Assembly (NCBI RefSeq): GCF_000017845.1
Contig: NC_010546.1
Span: forward strand, 60,001-92,000
DNA from: Crocosphaera subtropica ATCC 51142
GTDB lineage: Bacteria; Cyanobacteriota; Cyanobacteriia; Cyanobacteriales; Microcystaceae
Reading direction: 5' to 3'
Length of the DNA stretch: 32,000 bases
Part shown: piece by piece, positions 19,154-27,741 of the stretch
Layout of the letters: each line of letters begins with the position of its first letter
How positions within the stretch are numbered: position 1 is the first letter of the stretch
Position numbers and translations under genes: made by a program
Notes under the pieces: model-generated
The model's database searches: none
Seen by the model: only the letters and a program-made list of their open reading frames with translations
What the model was told of the DNA's origin: nothing

Positions 19154-19561
19154 ATGTCTAGTTTAGTAGTATTTTTTGGTATTCTTCATGGGTGTAGTTG
19201 GCTTCCAAATGTTTCCCCTACCCCATCGCCGCCACCCTCTAATTTTAGTGATGAAGAGGTCACGAATTATGCTCGGACGGTGTTAAAAATTGAAGATCAA
19301 CGTCAGATTGCTTACGAAGAAATCGAAACAATTATAGACAATAGACCCCCAGAAATTGCTTGCGATCAACCAGAAACCATTAAACAATTACCAGATAATG
19401 CCCAAAAGATTGCCGTTGAATTTTGTAATCAATCGAAAAAAATAGCCCAAGATAGTGGTTTATCTTCTAATCAGTTTAATGCTATAACTGAAAACGCTCA
19501 AAAAGATGCCACCCTAAAAAAAAGAATACAAAATGCTATGATTCGTATTAGAAAGCCTTAA
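19154..19561 (+). CDS. DUF4168-like small secreted or lipo-protein
   Basis: The track ORF 18833-19561 overlaps the rsmH start antisense, so a later start is more plausible (ATG 19154, or 19076/19097). It has a hydrophobic N-terminus ending LHGC (non-canonical lipobox). A helical region follows (EEVTNYARTVLKIEDQRQIAYEEIE...FNAITENAQKDATLKKRIQ) that resembles DUF4168. Confidence 0.55.
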   Translation: MSSLVVFFGILHGCSWLPNVSPTPSPPPSNFSDEEVTNYARTVLKIEDQRQIAYEEIETIIDNRPPEIACDQPETIKQLPDNAQKIAVEFCNQSKKIAQDSGLSSNQFNAITENAQKDATLKKRIQNAMIRIRKP

Positions 19562-19703
19562 ATTGTATTTATAAGTAACCATCATTGTTAGTTTAGATTT
19601 AGATGGCAACAGTCTTGAAAAAATTAGAAATAATCTATTAAAGCTGTCATTATTAAATCATAATTGCTCTCATCTTTGATCACTGATGGCAGGAAAAAGA
19701 ATA

Positions 19704-19832
19704 TTCATATGAAATCCGCCTAATCACTAAAGGTTAAAACTGCTATGGTAAATCCATCTTTCTCTGCCTCCTCTGCTTCCCTTATTCACCCTATTTTAAC
19801 GTATGGTATTCAACAGGATTTCATATCATGAA
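19704..19832. repeat. Short element of ~129 bp bounded by inverted repeats (TTCATATGAAATCC ... GGATTTCATATCATGAA)
   Basis: There is an 11-bp perfect core, ATATGAAATCC / GGATTTCATAT, read directly. The interior contains TCTGCCTCC TCTGCTTCC. It could be a MITE or a structured RNA, or it could be chance. Confidence 0.3.
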
Positions 19833-19928
19833 GTCTCTAATAACTTTTTATAATTGGTATGAAGCTGTTTTCATCGTCACCCTAAGCTAGTGACTATGGG
19901 GTGAGTTTCTTGGCAAGAAAGCTCAAAT

Positions 19929-20726
19929 TTATTTGACATACAGATTATTCTTAACGTGATTTTCTTCTGAAAGAAAATTATTTTGTTGTAGAATCTTTAA
20001 TAAATTAACATCGGTTTCTAATAAACAAGCATGACCACTTTCAGGTAAAATAGTTAAGCTACTATTGGGAAAATAATTAACTAATTCTTTGCCTTCATCA
20101 ACAGAAGGTAATAGTTTATCTTCTTGACTTGCTAATAATAATATGGGTTTTTCAAACAGTGCTAGGTTTTTTTTGTTAATTTCAAAATCTCGCAACAAAG
20201 AAAGTCGCCAACTAACTACCTCTTGAGGAAGGGATTGCATGGCATTAAATAAAGCTTTACTATCCCTATTGTTCATACGATTTAAGGCCCCCAAAAATGA
20301 TAAAAGAAGCAAGGCAGATCCTTTATAGACAAAGTTAGGAATCCATTGATTTAACTCGATTCCCAACTTTAAAAAAGATCGTTTATTGAAAGAGGATGCC
20401 GGGTTGACTAAAATCACTTTTTCAATCAACTCTGGTGCAGCTAACACTACTTTAATAGCTAAACACGCTCCGAAGGATTCTCCGCATAAATAAACGGACG
20501 AATGAGGATGGGACTCTAATTCTTTTCTCATCAATGTTACTGTATTCGTAACCAACGTTGACCAATCACTTTGGTCGTTTGATGGAATCGATAAACAGCG
20601 AATAGAAAAAAAATCCTTTAATCTTTCTCCTTGTCGATGAAATAATTTTCCTGTCCCATCCATACCAGGAAAATAAATCAATAAAGGAGCAATCACTTGA
20701 GAAGAAAAGGGAGACAGTAACCTCAT
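19929..20726 (-). CDS. Alpha/beta-fold hydrolase
   Basis: 265-aa ORF with the nucleophile elbow GESFG, a late GHACLLE histidine motif, and typical length. Confidence 0.8.
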   Translation of the reverse strand: MRLLSPFSSQVIAPLLIYFPGMDGTGKLFHRQGERLKDFFSIRCLSIPSNDQSDWSTLVTNTVTLMRKELESHPHSSVYLCGESFGACLAIKVVLAAPELIEKVILVNPASSFNKRSFLKLGIELNQWIPNFVYKGSALLLLSFLGALNRMNNRDSKALFNAMQSLPQEVVSWRLSLLRDFEINKKNLALFEKPILLLASQEDKLLPSVDEGKELVNYFPNSSLTILPESGHACLLETDVNLLKILQQNNFLSEENHVKNNLYVK

Positions 20727-20731
20727 ATGGT

Positions 20732-21652
20732 TTAATTAATCGGAGAAAGAATGGGTTGTTCATAAAGACGATCTTCGGTGGTGATCGCCCCTTCATTATC
20801 TACCCATACTAAAGAAATATGACTCACTTTACCATTATCTAAAGAAACTAAGGAAAAGTTACGCAATTTTTGACCATTTTCTTCAATAATCCGAGGCACA
20901 CAAGCTGCATTTAAGTAAACGGTTCCCTGTTCATTGGTTACTAGTCTTGTGCGTAGTTGGGAACGGGTGTGACGCAGACGATGGTGCATATGGCCAAAAG
21001 TGACTAAAGGTATCTTTTTCCCTAAATCATAGGTTTGTGCAATGGCTTGGGCAAAATCAGGATCACCGTGATCCCCTCCTAACGGTTGCCAATCTTTTCC
21101 GCAGATGGCTTCAGGATGTTGTCCTAAACCCGTCGGACCGTTATGCCCTAGGAAAATAATATTAGTTTCACTGGTTTCTTGGACGGCGGCCATGATTTTG
21201 GCAGTGGATTCTGCAAAATTAGAAACTTGATAGCGATCGCGTAAAAAGCTTTTATTTTTCCATTCTGGACCGCCCCAACTATAGGGACGACTCCCTACAA
21301 CGGAGAGATTAAATTGAGGAAAATCTAACTTACTATAACCGATATGAATCTCCCCCAATAACTCTAATTGTTTTTCTAACCAATCTTCTTGCTGGCGATT
21401 ATAAGGACATTGTTTTCGTCCCCAAGCAGAAGCAGTATACCAAGCATCATGATTGCCCATAATCACCGCTTTTGGGATAGATACCTCACTAATTTTGCGA
21501 ACCACAGGAACGGATTCGTTACCAAAATCTCCTACAAATAAAATTAAATCAATATTTAACTGTTCTAACGCATCATTATCAGCCTGTTCCCATTGATCGT
21601 GAACATCTCCCACTACAGCAATGGTGATGGCTTGTTTTTGATGAATAGTCAT
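20732..21652 (-). CDS. Metallophosphoesterase (calcineurin-like)
   Basis: 306-aa ORF with motifs GDVHD, GDFGNE, GNHD, GHNGP and GHMH in canonical order. It is separated by 5 bp from the downstream hydrolase gene, so the two are probably one operon. Confidence 0.85.
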   Translation of the reverse strand: MTIHQKQAITIAVVGDVHDQWEQADNDALEQLNIDLILFVGDFGNESVPVVRKISEVSIPKAVIMGNHDAWYTASAWGRKQCPYNRQQEDWLEKQLELLGEIHIGYSKLDFPQFNLSVVGSRPYSWGGPEWKNKSFLRDRYQVSNFAESTAKIMAAVQETSETNIIFLGHNGPTGLGQHPEAICGKDWQPLGGDHGDPDFAQAIAQTYDLGKKIPLVTFGHMHHRLRHTRSQLRTRLVTNEQGTVYLNAACVPRIIEENGQKLRNFSLVSLDNGKVSHISLVWVDNEGAITTEDRLYEQPILSPIN

Positions 21653-21710
21653 ACTACATTTATTAAATTATTTTTGTCTCATTTTATAGGATAAACGGAT
21701 TTTAACAGGG

Positions 21711-22256
21711 TTAAAAATTCTCTCCTTCGGAACGGGGGTTGACTGAACCAGGAGGATTAAGGAATAAGTTTCCGGCTGCATCGTTAGGATAGATACAATC
21801 AATGGTGGGTTTATTGTCTAAAGAACCCACAAAACCAAAGGTATTCATTCGATTTCGGCAATCTCTCGCTTGTTCTGAGGTGATCAGTCGTTTTTGTTCG
21901 AGTAAATTCATATTAGAACGACGCAGAACACATCCAGGCTGCATTTGCGGTTGAGTAACAAAGACACTAAAAGGGTTTAAGGTTAGAAAAATCCGCATAT
22001 CCGCAACGATAGCACTGGCCCCGTATTGAACGCAAAGTTCTGCATTGGGCGCACTTTTATCAATGACTTCCCGTGAAGCGACATTTTTGGGGTCGAAACT
22101 GGCGTTAGAACTCACGCCGATGCCAACTCCAATCCCTAAGACAAAAATGCCTCCAAATAGGGCAATGGTTCCATAGTTAATGTTCGATTTGGGAGAAGGA
22201 GGAGGAGAAGGGTTAGAACGGCGATCGGAATAACGAGGGGGTGGTCTACGGGCCAT
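21711..22256 (-). CDS. Conserved cyanobacterial membrane-anchored protein (possibly DUF3172-type)
   Basis: 181-aa ORF with a Pro/Arg-rich N-terminus, one TM segment (IALFGGIFVLGIGVGIGV), and a Cys-containing soluble domain. The family name is from memory only. Confidence 0.55.
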   Translation of the reverse strand: MARRPPPRYSDRRSNPSPPPSPKSNINYGTIALFGGIFVLGIGVGIGVSSNASFDPKNVASREVIDKSAPNAELCVQYGASAIVADMRIFLTLNPFSVFVTQPQMQPGCVLRRSNMNLLEQKRLITSEQARDCRNRMNTFGFVGSLDNKPTIDCIYPNDAAGNLFLNPPGSVNPRSEGENF

Positions 22257-22372
22257 AAAATCTTATCGAGTTCACTATTTTTCTAGTTTACTTTTTTTTG
22301 CAAGATTAAGGGGGACAGAATTGATAATCTCTATTGTCAGTATTTGTAGGTAGGTAGCTATAAAATAAAATA

Positions 22373-23197
22373 ATGAAAACAGATACTATTTTTTATCGTC
22401 TCTTTCAATCTTTTCCTAGCATTTTCTTTGAATTAATTCAAGTTCCCGTTACCCAAGCAGATAACTATCGCTTTGATTCCGTAGAAGTTAAACAATTAGC
22501 TTTTCGTATTGATGGGGTATTTCTTCCGAAAAATAATAACCTTGACAGTCCCATTTATTTCTGTGAGTTACAATTTCAAAAGGATGATCAATTTTATGAA
22601 CGTTTCTTTGCTGAAATCTTCTTATATCTCAGTAAAACCGAATTAAATAATGATTGGCAAGGAGTGATTATTTATCCTAATCGTCAAATAGAAACGCAAC
22701 AAACACAACGTTATCAAGAAGTGTTAAATTCCCCAAGAATTACTCGTATTTATTTAGATGAGTTAGCCAATCTTAATCAAACCTCAATTGGGTTAGCAAC
22801 GATAAAATTAATTACCTTACCTTCAGCAGAAACCATTGAAAATACCCGTCAACTCATACAAAGAGTAAAAGGAGAATTCAACCCTGACCAAAAACCCCAA
22901 GAACTCTTACAATTAATAGAGACTATCCTTGTGTATAAATTACCCCGTTTAAGTCGTCAGAAGGTAGAAGCGATGTTTAGTTTAGATGAATTAAAGCAAA
23001 CTCAATATTTTCAAGATGTCCGTGAAGAAGCAAAACTTGAGGGTATCCAAGAAGGAGAGTTAAGGGCAAAAATTACTTCTGTACCCAGTCTTTTAGCCTT
23101 AGGTTTAACTGTTGAACAAGTCGCAGAAGCGTTAAAGTTAGATATTGAACAAGTTAGACTCATACAAAATAATAACGAACAAGGGGCGGATCAGTAG
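22373..23197 (+). CDS. Rpn-family / DUF2887-type PD-(D/E)XK recombination-promoting nuclease (putative transposase-like)
   Basis: 274-aa ORF. The N-terminus MKTDTIFYRLFQSFPSIFFELI and the FRIDGVFLP...IYFCELQFQKD (D...ExQ) nuclease core are typical of this multi-copy cyanobacterial family. Confidence 0.75.
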   Translation: MKTDTIFYRLFQSFPSIFFELIQVPVTQADNYRFDSVEVKQLAFRIDGVFLPKNNNLDSPIYFCELQFQKDDQFYERFFAEIFLYLSKTELNNDWQGVIIYPNRQIETQQTQRYQEVLNSPRITRIYLDELANLNQTSIGLATIKLITLPSAETIENTRQLIQRVKGEFNPDQKPQELLQLIETILVYKLPRLSRQKVEAMFSLDELKQTQYFQDVREEAKLEGIQEGELRAKITSVPSLLALGLTVEQVAEALKLDIEQVRLIQNNNEQGADQ

Positions 23198-23261
23198 GAG
23201 AGGATACGGTGTCCTACTGTCGCCCCAACTTTTATTAATTTCATAACACTATTTCATTCAA

Positions 23262-23699
23262 CTATGGTGTTTCGCCACCGACACCGATGCCTGTGTTAAA
23301 GATTTGTGCGTTGGTAATGTCTAGGTTTTCCATAGATGCGCCGGTTACGTCTGCATCATAAATTTTGGCGTTGGCTAGGTTAACATTATCTAAATTCGAG
23401 TTATTTAAGGTAGCATTGGTTAACATAGCTCCTTCTAGGTTAGCTCCTTCTAGGTTAGCCCCGGTGAGATCAGCCCCTTCTAGGTTGGCTTCAATAAGAA
23501 TTGCCCCTTCTAGGTTAGCCTCTCTGAGATCAGACCCAATTAAATGAGCATATCTTAAGTCTTCGTTACTGAGATCGCACCCCTGACACATTCTGGTTTC
23601 TAATAATTGTTGAACGTGGGCCGGGTTTCCTGCCATGACAGGACTAGCTAATAAAATAGGGGTAGCTAATAAGATGGCGTTTAATATATTCCTTTTCAT
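23262..23699 (-). CDS. Secreted pentapeptide-repeat protein
   Basis: The likely start is ATG 23699 (MKRNILNAILLATPILLASPVMA signal), preceded by GAGGAG. The body is A(N/D)LxG-type repeats (ANLEGAILIEANLEGADLTGANLEGANLEGAML...). Confidence 0.85.
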   Translation of the reverse strand: MKRNILNAILLATPILLASPVMAGNPAHVQQLLETRMCQGCDLSNEDLRYAHLIGSDLREANLEGAILIEANLEGADLTGANLEGANLEGAMLTNATLNNSNLDNVNLANAKIYDADVTGASMENLDITNAQIFNTGIGVGGETP

Positions 23700-23847
23700 A
23701 TTTGATACTCCTCGCATTTCTTTTATACTTCTAATGTAATAAATCTTCATGACAATCTCATCCCCCAATCGGGTTATTTTTTTGTTCCCGTTTTCTTACA
23801 ATTTAATTCTACAATTGGATTCAAAAGGGGTATCAAAAGAAATTATT

Positions 23848-25494
23848 ATGTTTAGTTTTAGTAGTGTTTTTGCAGAAATCGCCTGTATTATGGCGATCGC
23901 AACGGCTGTGGGAGGATTAGCTTTGTGGTTGCGTCAACCTTTAATTATGGCGTTTATTATTGTCGGTATTCTCATTGGTCCGGCGGGATTACAGATAGTT
24001 TCGGCCAATGAAGAAGTGGAATTATTGGCTGAATTGGGCATTGCTTTATTGTTGTTTGTGGTGGGATTAAAACTCGATCCCCATGAAATTCAATCCGTTG
24101 GTCCTGTGGCTATTATTGCCGGCATGGGTCAAATTATAATAACGGGAATTTTAGGGGATGTGATTGCTAGTTTTTTAGGTTTTGATCTTATTTCTGCTTT
24201 TTATATTGGTTTATCTTTAACCTTTTCTAGTACCATTATTGTTGTTAAATTATTATCAGATCGACAAGAAATTGATGCGTTACATGGCCGCATTGCTTTA
24301 GGGGTTCTCATTGTTCAAGATTTAGTGGTTGTTGTCGCTATGATTTTGTTAACGGCGTTTAGTGAGGATTCACAACAGTCTTTAGGACAAGAGATTATTT
24401 CAGTGATCTTAAAAGGAGGAATCTTTTTATTATTCATTGCTTTTTTAACCCGTTATGTTTTACCTAAATTGCTCCATGTTTTAGCTAATTCGACGGAATT
24501 GTTATTAATTTTTGCTATTTCTTGGGCGATCGCTTTAGCAGCTGTGGGAGACGGTTTAGGCTTTAGTAAAGAAGTGGGGGCATTTGTGGCAGGAGTGTCT
24601 TTAGCATCCACCACTTATCGAGCAACCATTGGAGCTAGATTAGTCAGTTTACGAGATTTTTTATTACTGTTTTTCTTCATTAATTTAGGGATTCATGTTA
24701 ATGTTAGTTATTTAGGCTCAGAAATCATGTCGGCTGTTATTTTATCGGCCTTTGTTTTGTTGGGTAAGCCTTTAATGATCATGGTGTTAATGAGTATTAT
24801 AGGTTATCAAAAATATACTAGCACCATTACCAGTTTATCTTTGAGTCAAATTAGCGAATTTTCTTTAATTATTGCCACTTTGGGACTGGATTTAGGTCAT
24901 ATTAATGAGAATGTTTTAGGGTTAATTACGTTAGTGGGACTCATTACTATGGGGGTGTCTACTTATATGATTATTGACTCTCATACTATTTATGAAAAAT
25001 TATTACCTGTTGTTTCCCATTTTAATAAATTAATCCCCCATTCTCACCAAAAATTAGGGGATTTAGATGCAGAAAAGGTTGATCGTGTTGATATTATTTT
25101 ATTTGGTTTAGGACGGTATGGCGGTAGTTTGATTAAAGCGTTACAAGGTTCGGGTTTACAGGTTTTAGGGGTAGATTTTAACCCAGAATTAGTGAGAGCA
25201 TGGCGTAATCAAGGGGTATTAGCTTTTTATGGCGATGCAGAAGATCCTGAATTTGCAGCAACCCTTCCTTTAAATAAGGCAAAATGGGTCATTAGTACCT
25301 TACCGGGACAACGTATCGGATTAACTTTATTACACACATTAGAATATCAAAAATTTCAGGGTAAAATTGCTGTTACCAGTCACACCGAACGAGAAATGAA
25401 AATTCTCAAAAGTGCAGGTTCGGATCTGGTTTTATTGCCTTTTAGAGATGCAGCCCACGAAGCTGCTAGACTATTAGTTTCTGACCTTAATTAA
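23848..25494 (+). CDS. Cation:proton antiporter (CPA2/Kef-type) with C-terminal RCK/TrkA-N domain
   Basis: The likely start is ATG 23848 (MFSFSSVFAEI...). It has about 12 hydrophobic segments with LGPAGL and QDLVVV motifs, then the Rossmann-like segment ILFGLGRYGGSL. Confidence 0.85.
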   Translation: MFSFSSVFAEIACIMAIATAVGGLALWLRQPLIMAFIIVGILIGPAGLQIVSANEEVELLAELGIALLLFVVGLKLDPHEIQSVGPVAIIAGMGQIIITGILGDVIASFLGFDLISAFYIGLSLTFSSTIIVVKLLSDRQEIDALHGRIALGVLIVQDLVVVVAMILLTAFSEDSQQSLGQEIISVILKGGIFLLFIAFLTRYVLPKLLHVLANSTELLLIFAISWAIALAAVGDGLGFSKEVGAFVAGVSLASTTYRATIGARLVSLRDFLLLFFFINLGIHVNVSYLGSEIMSAVILSAFVLLGKPLMIMVLMSIIGYQKYTSTITSLSLSQISEFSLIIATLGLDLGHINENVLGLITLVGLITMGVSTYMIIDSHTIYEKLLPVVSHFNKLIPHSHQKLGDLDAEKVDRVDIILFGLGRYGGSLIKALQGSGLQVLGVDFNPELVRAWRNQGVLAFYGDAEDPEFAATLPLNKAKWVISTLPGQRIGLTLLHTLEYQKFQGKIAVTSHTEREMKILKSAGSDLVLLPFRDAAHEAARLLVSDLN

Positions 25495-25620
25495 GCTTTT
25501 CTTTTGACTTGTGCATGAGTGCCTTTAGCTTACTGGTGAAGTTGACACTTAATGCAAATCTCGATATTACTTTCTGCTGTGCCTTTAGTAATATAAGGAA
25601 TACCAGCTTCTCCCCTTAAT

Positions 25621-25836
25621 TTAATACCAAATTTTATCAACTTTAGCAGCAACAAAATTCTTGCAAGAATTAAGGGGATATTCTGCAGATTCTCGGATCA
25701 TTTGTTGTGCTTGATCGAGTTGTTGAGTTACATTAAGTTGAGCTACATTAATGGGTAACTCTCCTATTTCATCAATTCCATCATCTTCTTCAGGAGAAAT
25801 CATAAAATTTTTAATTATTGCCATTCCTGAATACAA
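25621..25836 (-). CDS. Hypothetical small acidic protein, divergent from the TIR operon
   Basis: 71-aa ORF (TTG start in the track, ATG at 25824). It has no recognisable motif and no convincing SD, so it may not be real. Confidence 0.3.
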   Translation of the reverse strand: MYSGMAIIKNFMISPEEDDGIDEIGELPINVAQLNVTQQLDQAQQMIRESAEYPLNSCKNFVAAKVDKIWY

Positions 25837-26099
25837 TCAGTTTAAACCTCTGGAGAAAAGCCCTCAAAACCTAGTCAAGCTTTAACTTTTTTTAATACTC
25901 TAGATGAGTATTATAACCCAAGAAACGGATTATAATAAGAGTAAGAAGTTAAGATTTCATTGGCTAGGCTCTTTACTGAGGCAAAGGGGGGAGTTTTTTA
26001 GCAGAAATCTTAAAGGAAACTTAACAAAAATCACAGGAATGTACTGTGTGAAAAAGGGATCGTTACAGACCCTTTAGTATCCTGCGATTTTGAAAAAAT

Positions 26100-26124
26100 T
26101 ATCTCCGTAGAGAGGGAGGAGATA
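26100..26124 (+). promoter_or_regulatory. Hairpin able to sequester the Shine-Dalgarno site and start codon of the TIR-fusion gene
   Basis: TATCTCC (26100-26106) is the exact reverse complement of GGAGATA (26118-26124). The 3' arm contains part of the GGGAGGAG ribosome-binding site and the A of the ATG at 26124. Confidence 0.4.
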
Positions 26125-27719
26125 TGTATAATCAACCTGACGCTAATAAATTTGAATTTGATGTTTTTCTAGCTCACAATCACGACGATAAGCGACAGAT
26201 AAGAAGTATTGCCCACGAACTCAAATTACGTTTTATAAAACCTTGGTTCGATGAAGAGCAAGTTCCTCCAGGCACTCCATTTGGACGGATAATTGAAGAG
26301 GCAATTCCCAAAGTTAAATCGGCTGCAATCTTTATAGGTAAAAATGGTCTAGGAAATTGGCAAAAAGCAGAACAGCAAGCATTGAACCAAAGATGCGTTG
26401 ACGAAGGAATTGCTATGATTCCTGTCTTACTACCAGAGGTTGATCAGGTTCCTGAAGATATAAAGACTTTGTTTTTGATTCAACTACATAGCTGCGTGAA
26501 GTTTGATAAAGGAATTTATGACGTTAAGGCACTAGACAATCTAGAGTGGGGCATTACTGGACGTAGACCTCGAAGGGAACATTATGGAATACTAGTTAAT
26601 ATTCCCAACTACCAAACAAGCTGTTTTTTAGCAATGCCGAAACGGGGATTAGATAGTATTTACGAGTCACTCAAAGATGTAGCTAAGGAGGTATCAGTCA
26701 AACAATTAGTCAATAACACAGGCATCGAACTAATTCAAACCAAAAATAAGAGTGATCAAGGCTTTGTAGGTGATATAAATGAGATAATTCACAAAATTCG
26801 TTCATCTGAGGTGGTTGTGGGGGTGTGCGTTTCAGAAGAGAAATCTTCTCAGCTAGATCCAGATGTGGCATACGAATTAGGACTAGCTCATGCTCTGGGT
26901 AAACCGCTTTGCATCATTACTGATAAGACTACTCACCAATCTCTTTCTGACTATATTCTTAAAGACATACCAGAGGATGAATTTATTGACTACGAGTTGT
27001 CGAAAAGTAAAGGAACTTTGAGTGACGAACTCAAAAACAAGTTAGAAGAGATTCTTAAGTCTCTAAAGTTCCCTTATTTAGTTGAGCCGAGAAATCGAGA
27101 TATTAGTGCTATAAATTGGGAGAAAACACAATGTTTTCTTCCGAATTTTCAAAATAATTTCTGTAATATTCTTCGTTTTGGACTAGAGATTCATACGGAA
27201 TTTCCCTCTCTCCAAACTCTTCTTACAAGTCTTTATAAAGAGATCGAAGAAGTTGCGGAAACTCTGCAAGATCCAAGCACAACTAGAAATCTAGAAAAGG
27301 AGATTAATGATGTTATCAAGGCTTGGAAAGACTATAAACAGAAATATGAAGGATTATACCCACTCAATTCAAATAACGCTCAATTGAGGGAATTTAAAGA
27401 TACCAAAGACTTCAACAGTCTTAAAGATTCTTTCCAGAGTTTGCAATCGGATATGAGTACCAGAAACCAATTTGGAAAACAATCCTATCAAGCGTATAAA
27501 ATAGTTATCCAAATAATTGAAGCTTATCCTAATCTTCATCAACGCTTATCCGATATTTTAGATAATGAGGAGGTTTTCAATATGTTACAGAAATTTGTGA
27601 ATGTTGATTCCTTGGGTAAAGATGTTAAAAGATTAATCGGAGACATTGACCAATTAGTATATATGCGTGCAGGTACTATGATGAGAAATCTGGCAGAAAT
27701 GATTTGCTGTAATCAATAA
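26124..27719 (+). CDS. TIR domain / nucleoside 2-deoxyribosyltransferase (DNPH1/Rcl)-like domain fusion protein with ~200-aa helical C-terminal region
   Basis: 531-aa ORF with a strong SD. Residues ~11-140 (FDVFLAHNHDDKRQIRSIAHEL...PWFDEEQVPPG...IEEAIPKVKSAAIFIGKNGLGNWQKAEQQAL...IPVLLPE) follow the bacterial TIR_2 pattern, with candidate catalytic Glu83 (GAA 26370-26372). Residues ~165-270 have a flavodoxin-like alternation and LDPDVAYELGLAHALGKPLCIIT. That resembles the NDT/DNPH1 hallmark (D/S-x-G-x-x-[FY]-E-x-G-x-A-x-A-x-x-K-P), with Glu251 at 26874-26876. Confidence 0.75.
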   Translation: MYNQPDANKFEFDVFLAHNHDDKRQIRSIAHELKLRFIKPWFDEEQVPPGTPFGRIIEEAIPKVKSAAIFIGKNGLGNWQKAEQQALNQRCVDEGIAMIPVLLPEVDQVPEDIKTLFLIQLHSCVKFDKGIYDVKALDNLEWGITGRRPRREHYGILVNIPNYQTSCFLAMPKRGLDSIYESLKDVAKEVSVKQLVNNTGIELIQTKNKSDQGFVGDINEIIHKIRSSEVVVGVCVSEEKSSQLDPDVAYELGLAHALGKPLCIITDKTTHQSLSDYILKDIPEDEFIDYELSKSKGTLSDELKNKLEEILKSLKFPYLVEPRNRDISAINWEKTQCFLPNFQNNFCNILRFGLEIHTEFPSLQTLLTSLYKEIEEVAETLQDPSTTRNLEKEINDVIKAWKDYKQKYEGLYPLNSNNAQLREFKDTKDFNSLKDSFQSLQSDMSTRNQFGKQSYQAYKIVIQIIEAYPNLHQRLSDILDNEEVFNMLQKFVNVDSLGKDVKRLIGDIDQLVYMRAGTMMRNLAEMICCNQ

Positions 27720-27741
27720 TTAATTAGTTAGGAGACTTGAA

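Noticed and set aside
20566-20796. 76-aa ORF spanning the hydrolase/phosphoesterase junction
   Set aside because: It overlaps two well-supported same-strand genes in other frames.
25904-26077. 57-aa basic ORF (MSIITQETDYNK...) upstream of the TIR gene
   Set aside because: It has no SD and no recognisable motif, and it lies in a probable promoter/leader region. It is kept only as a remote possibility.
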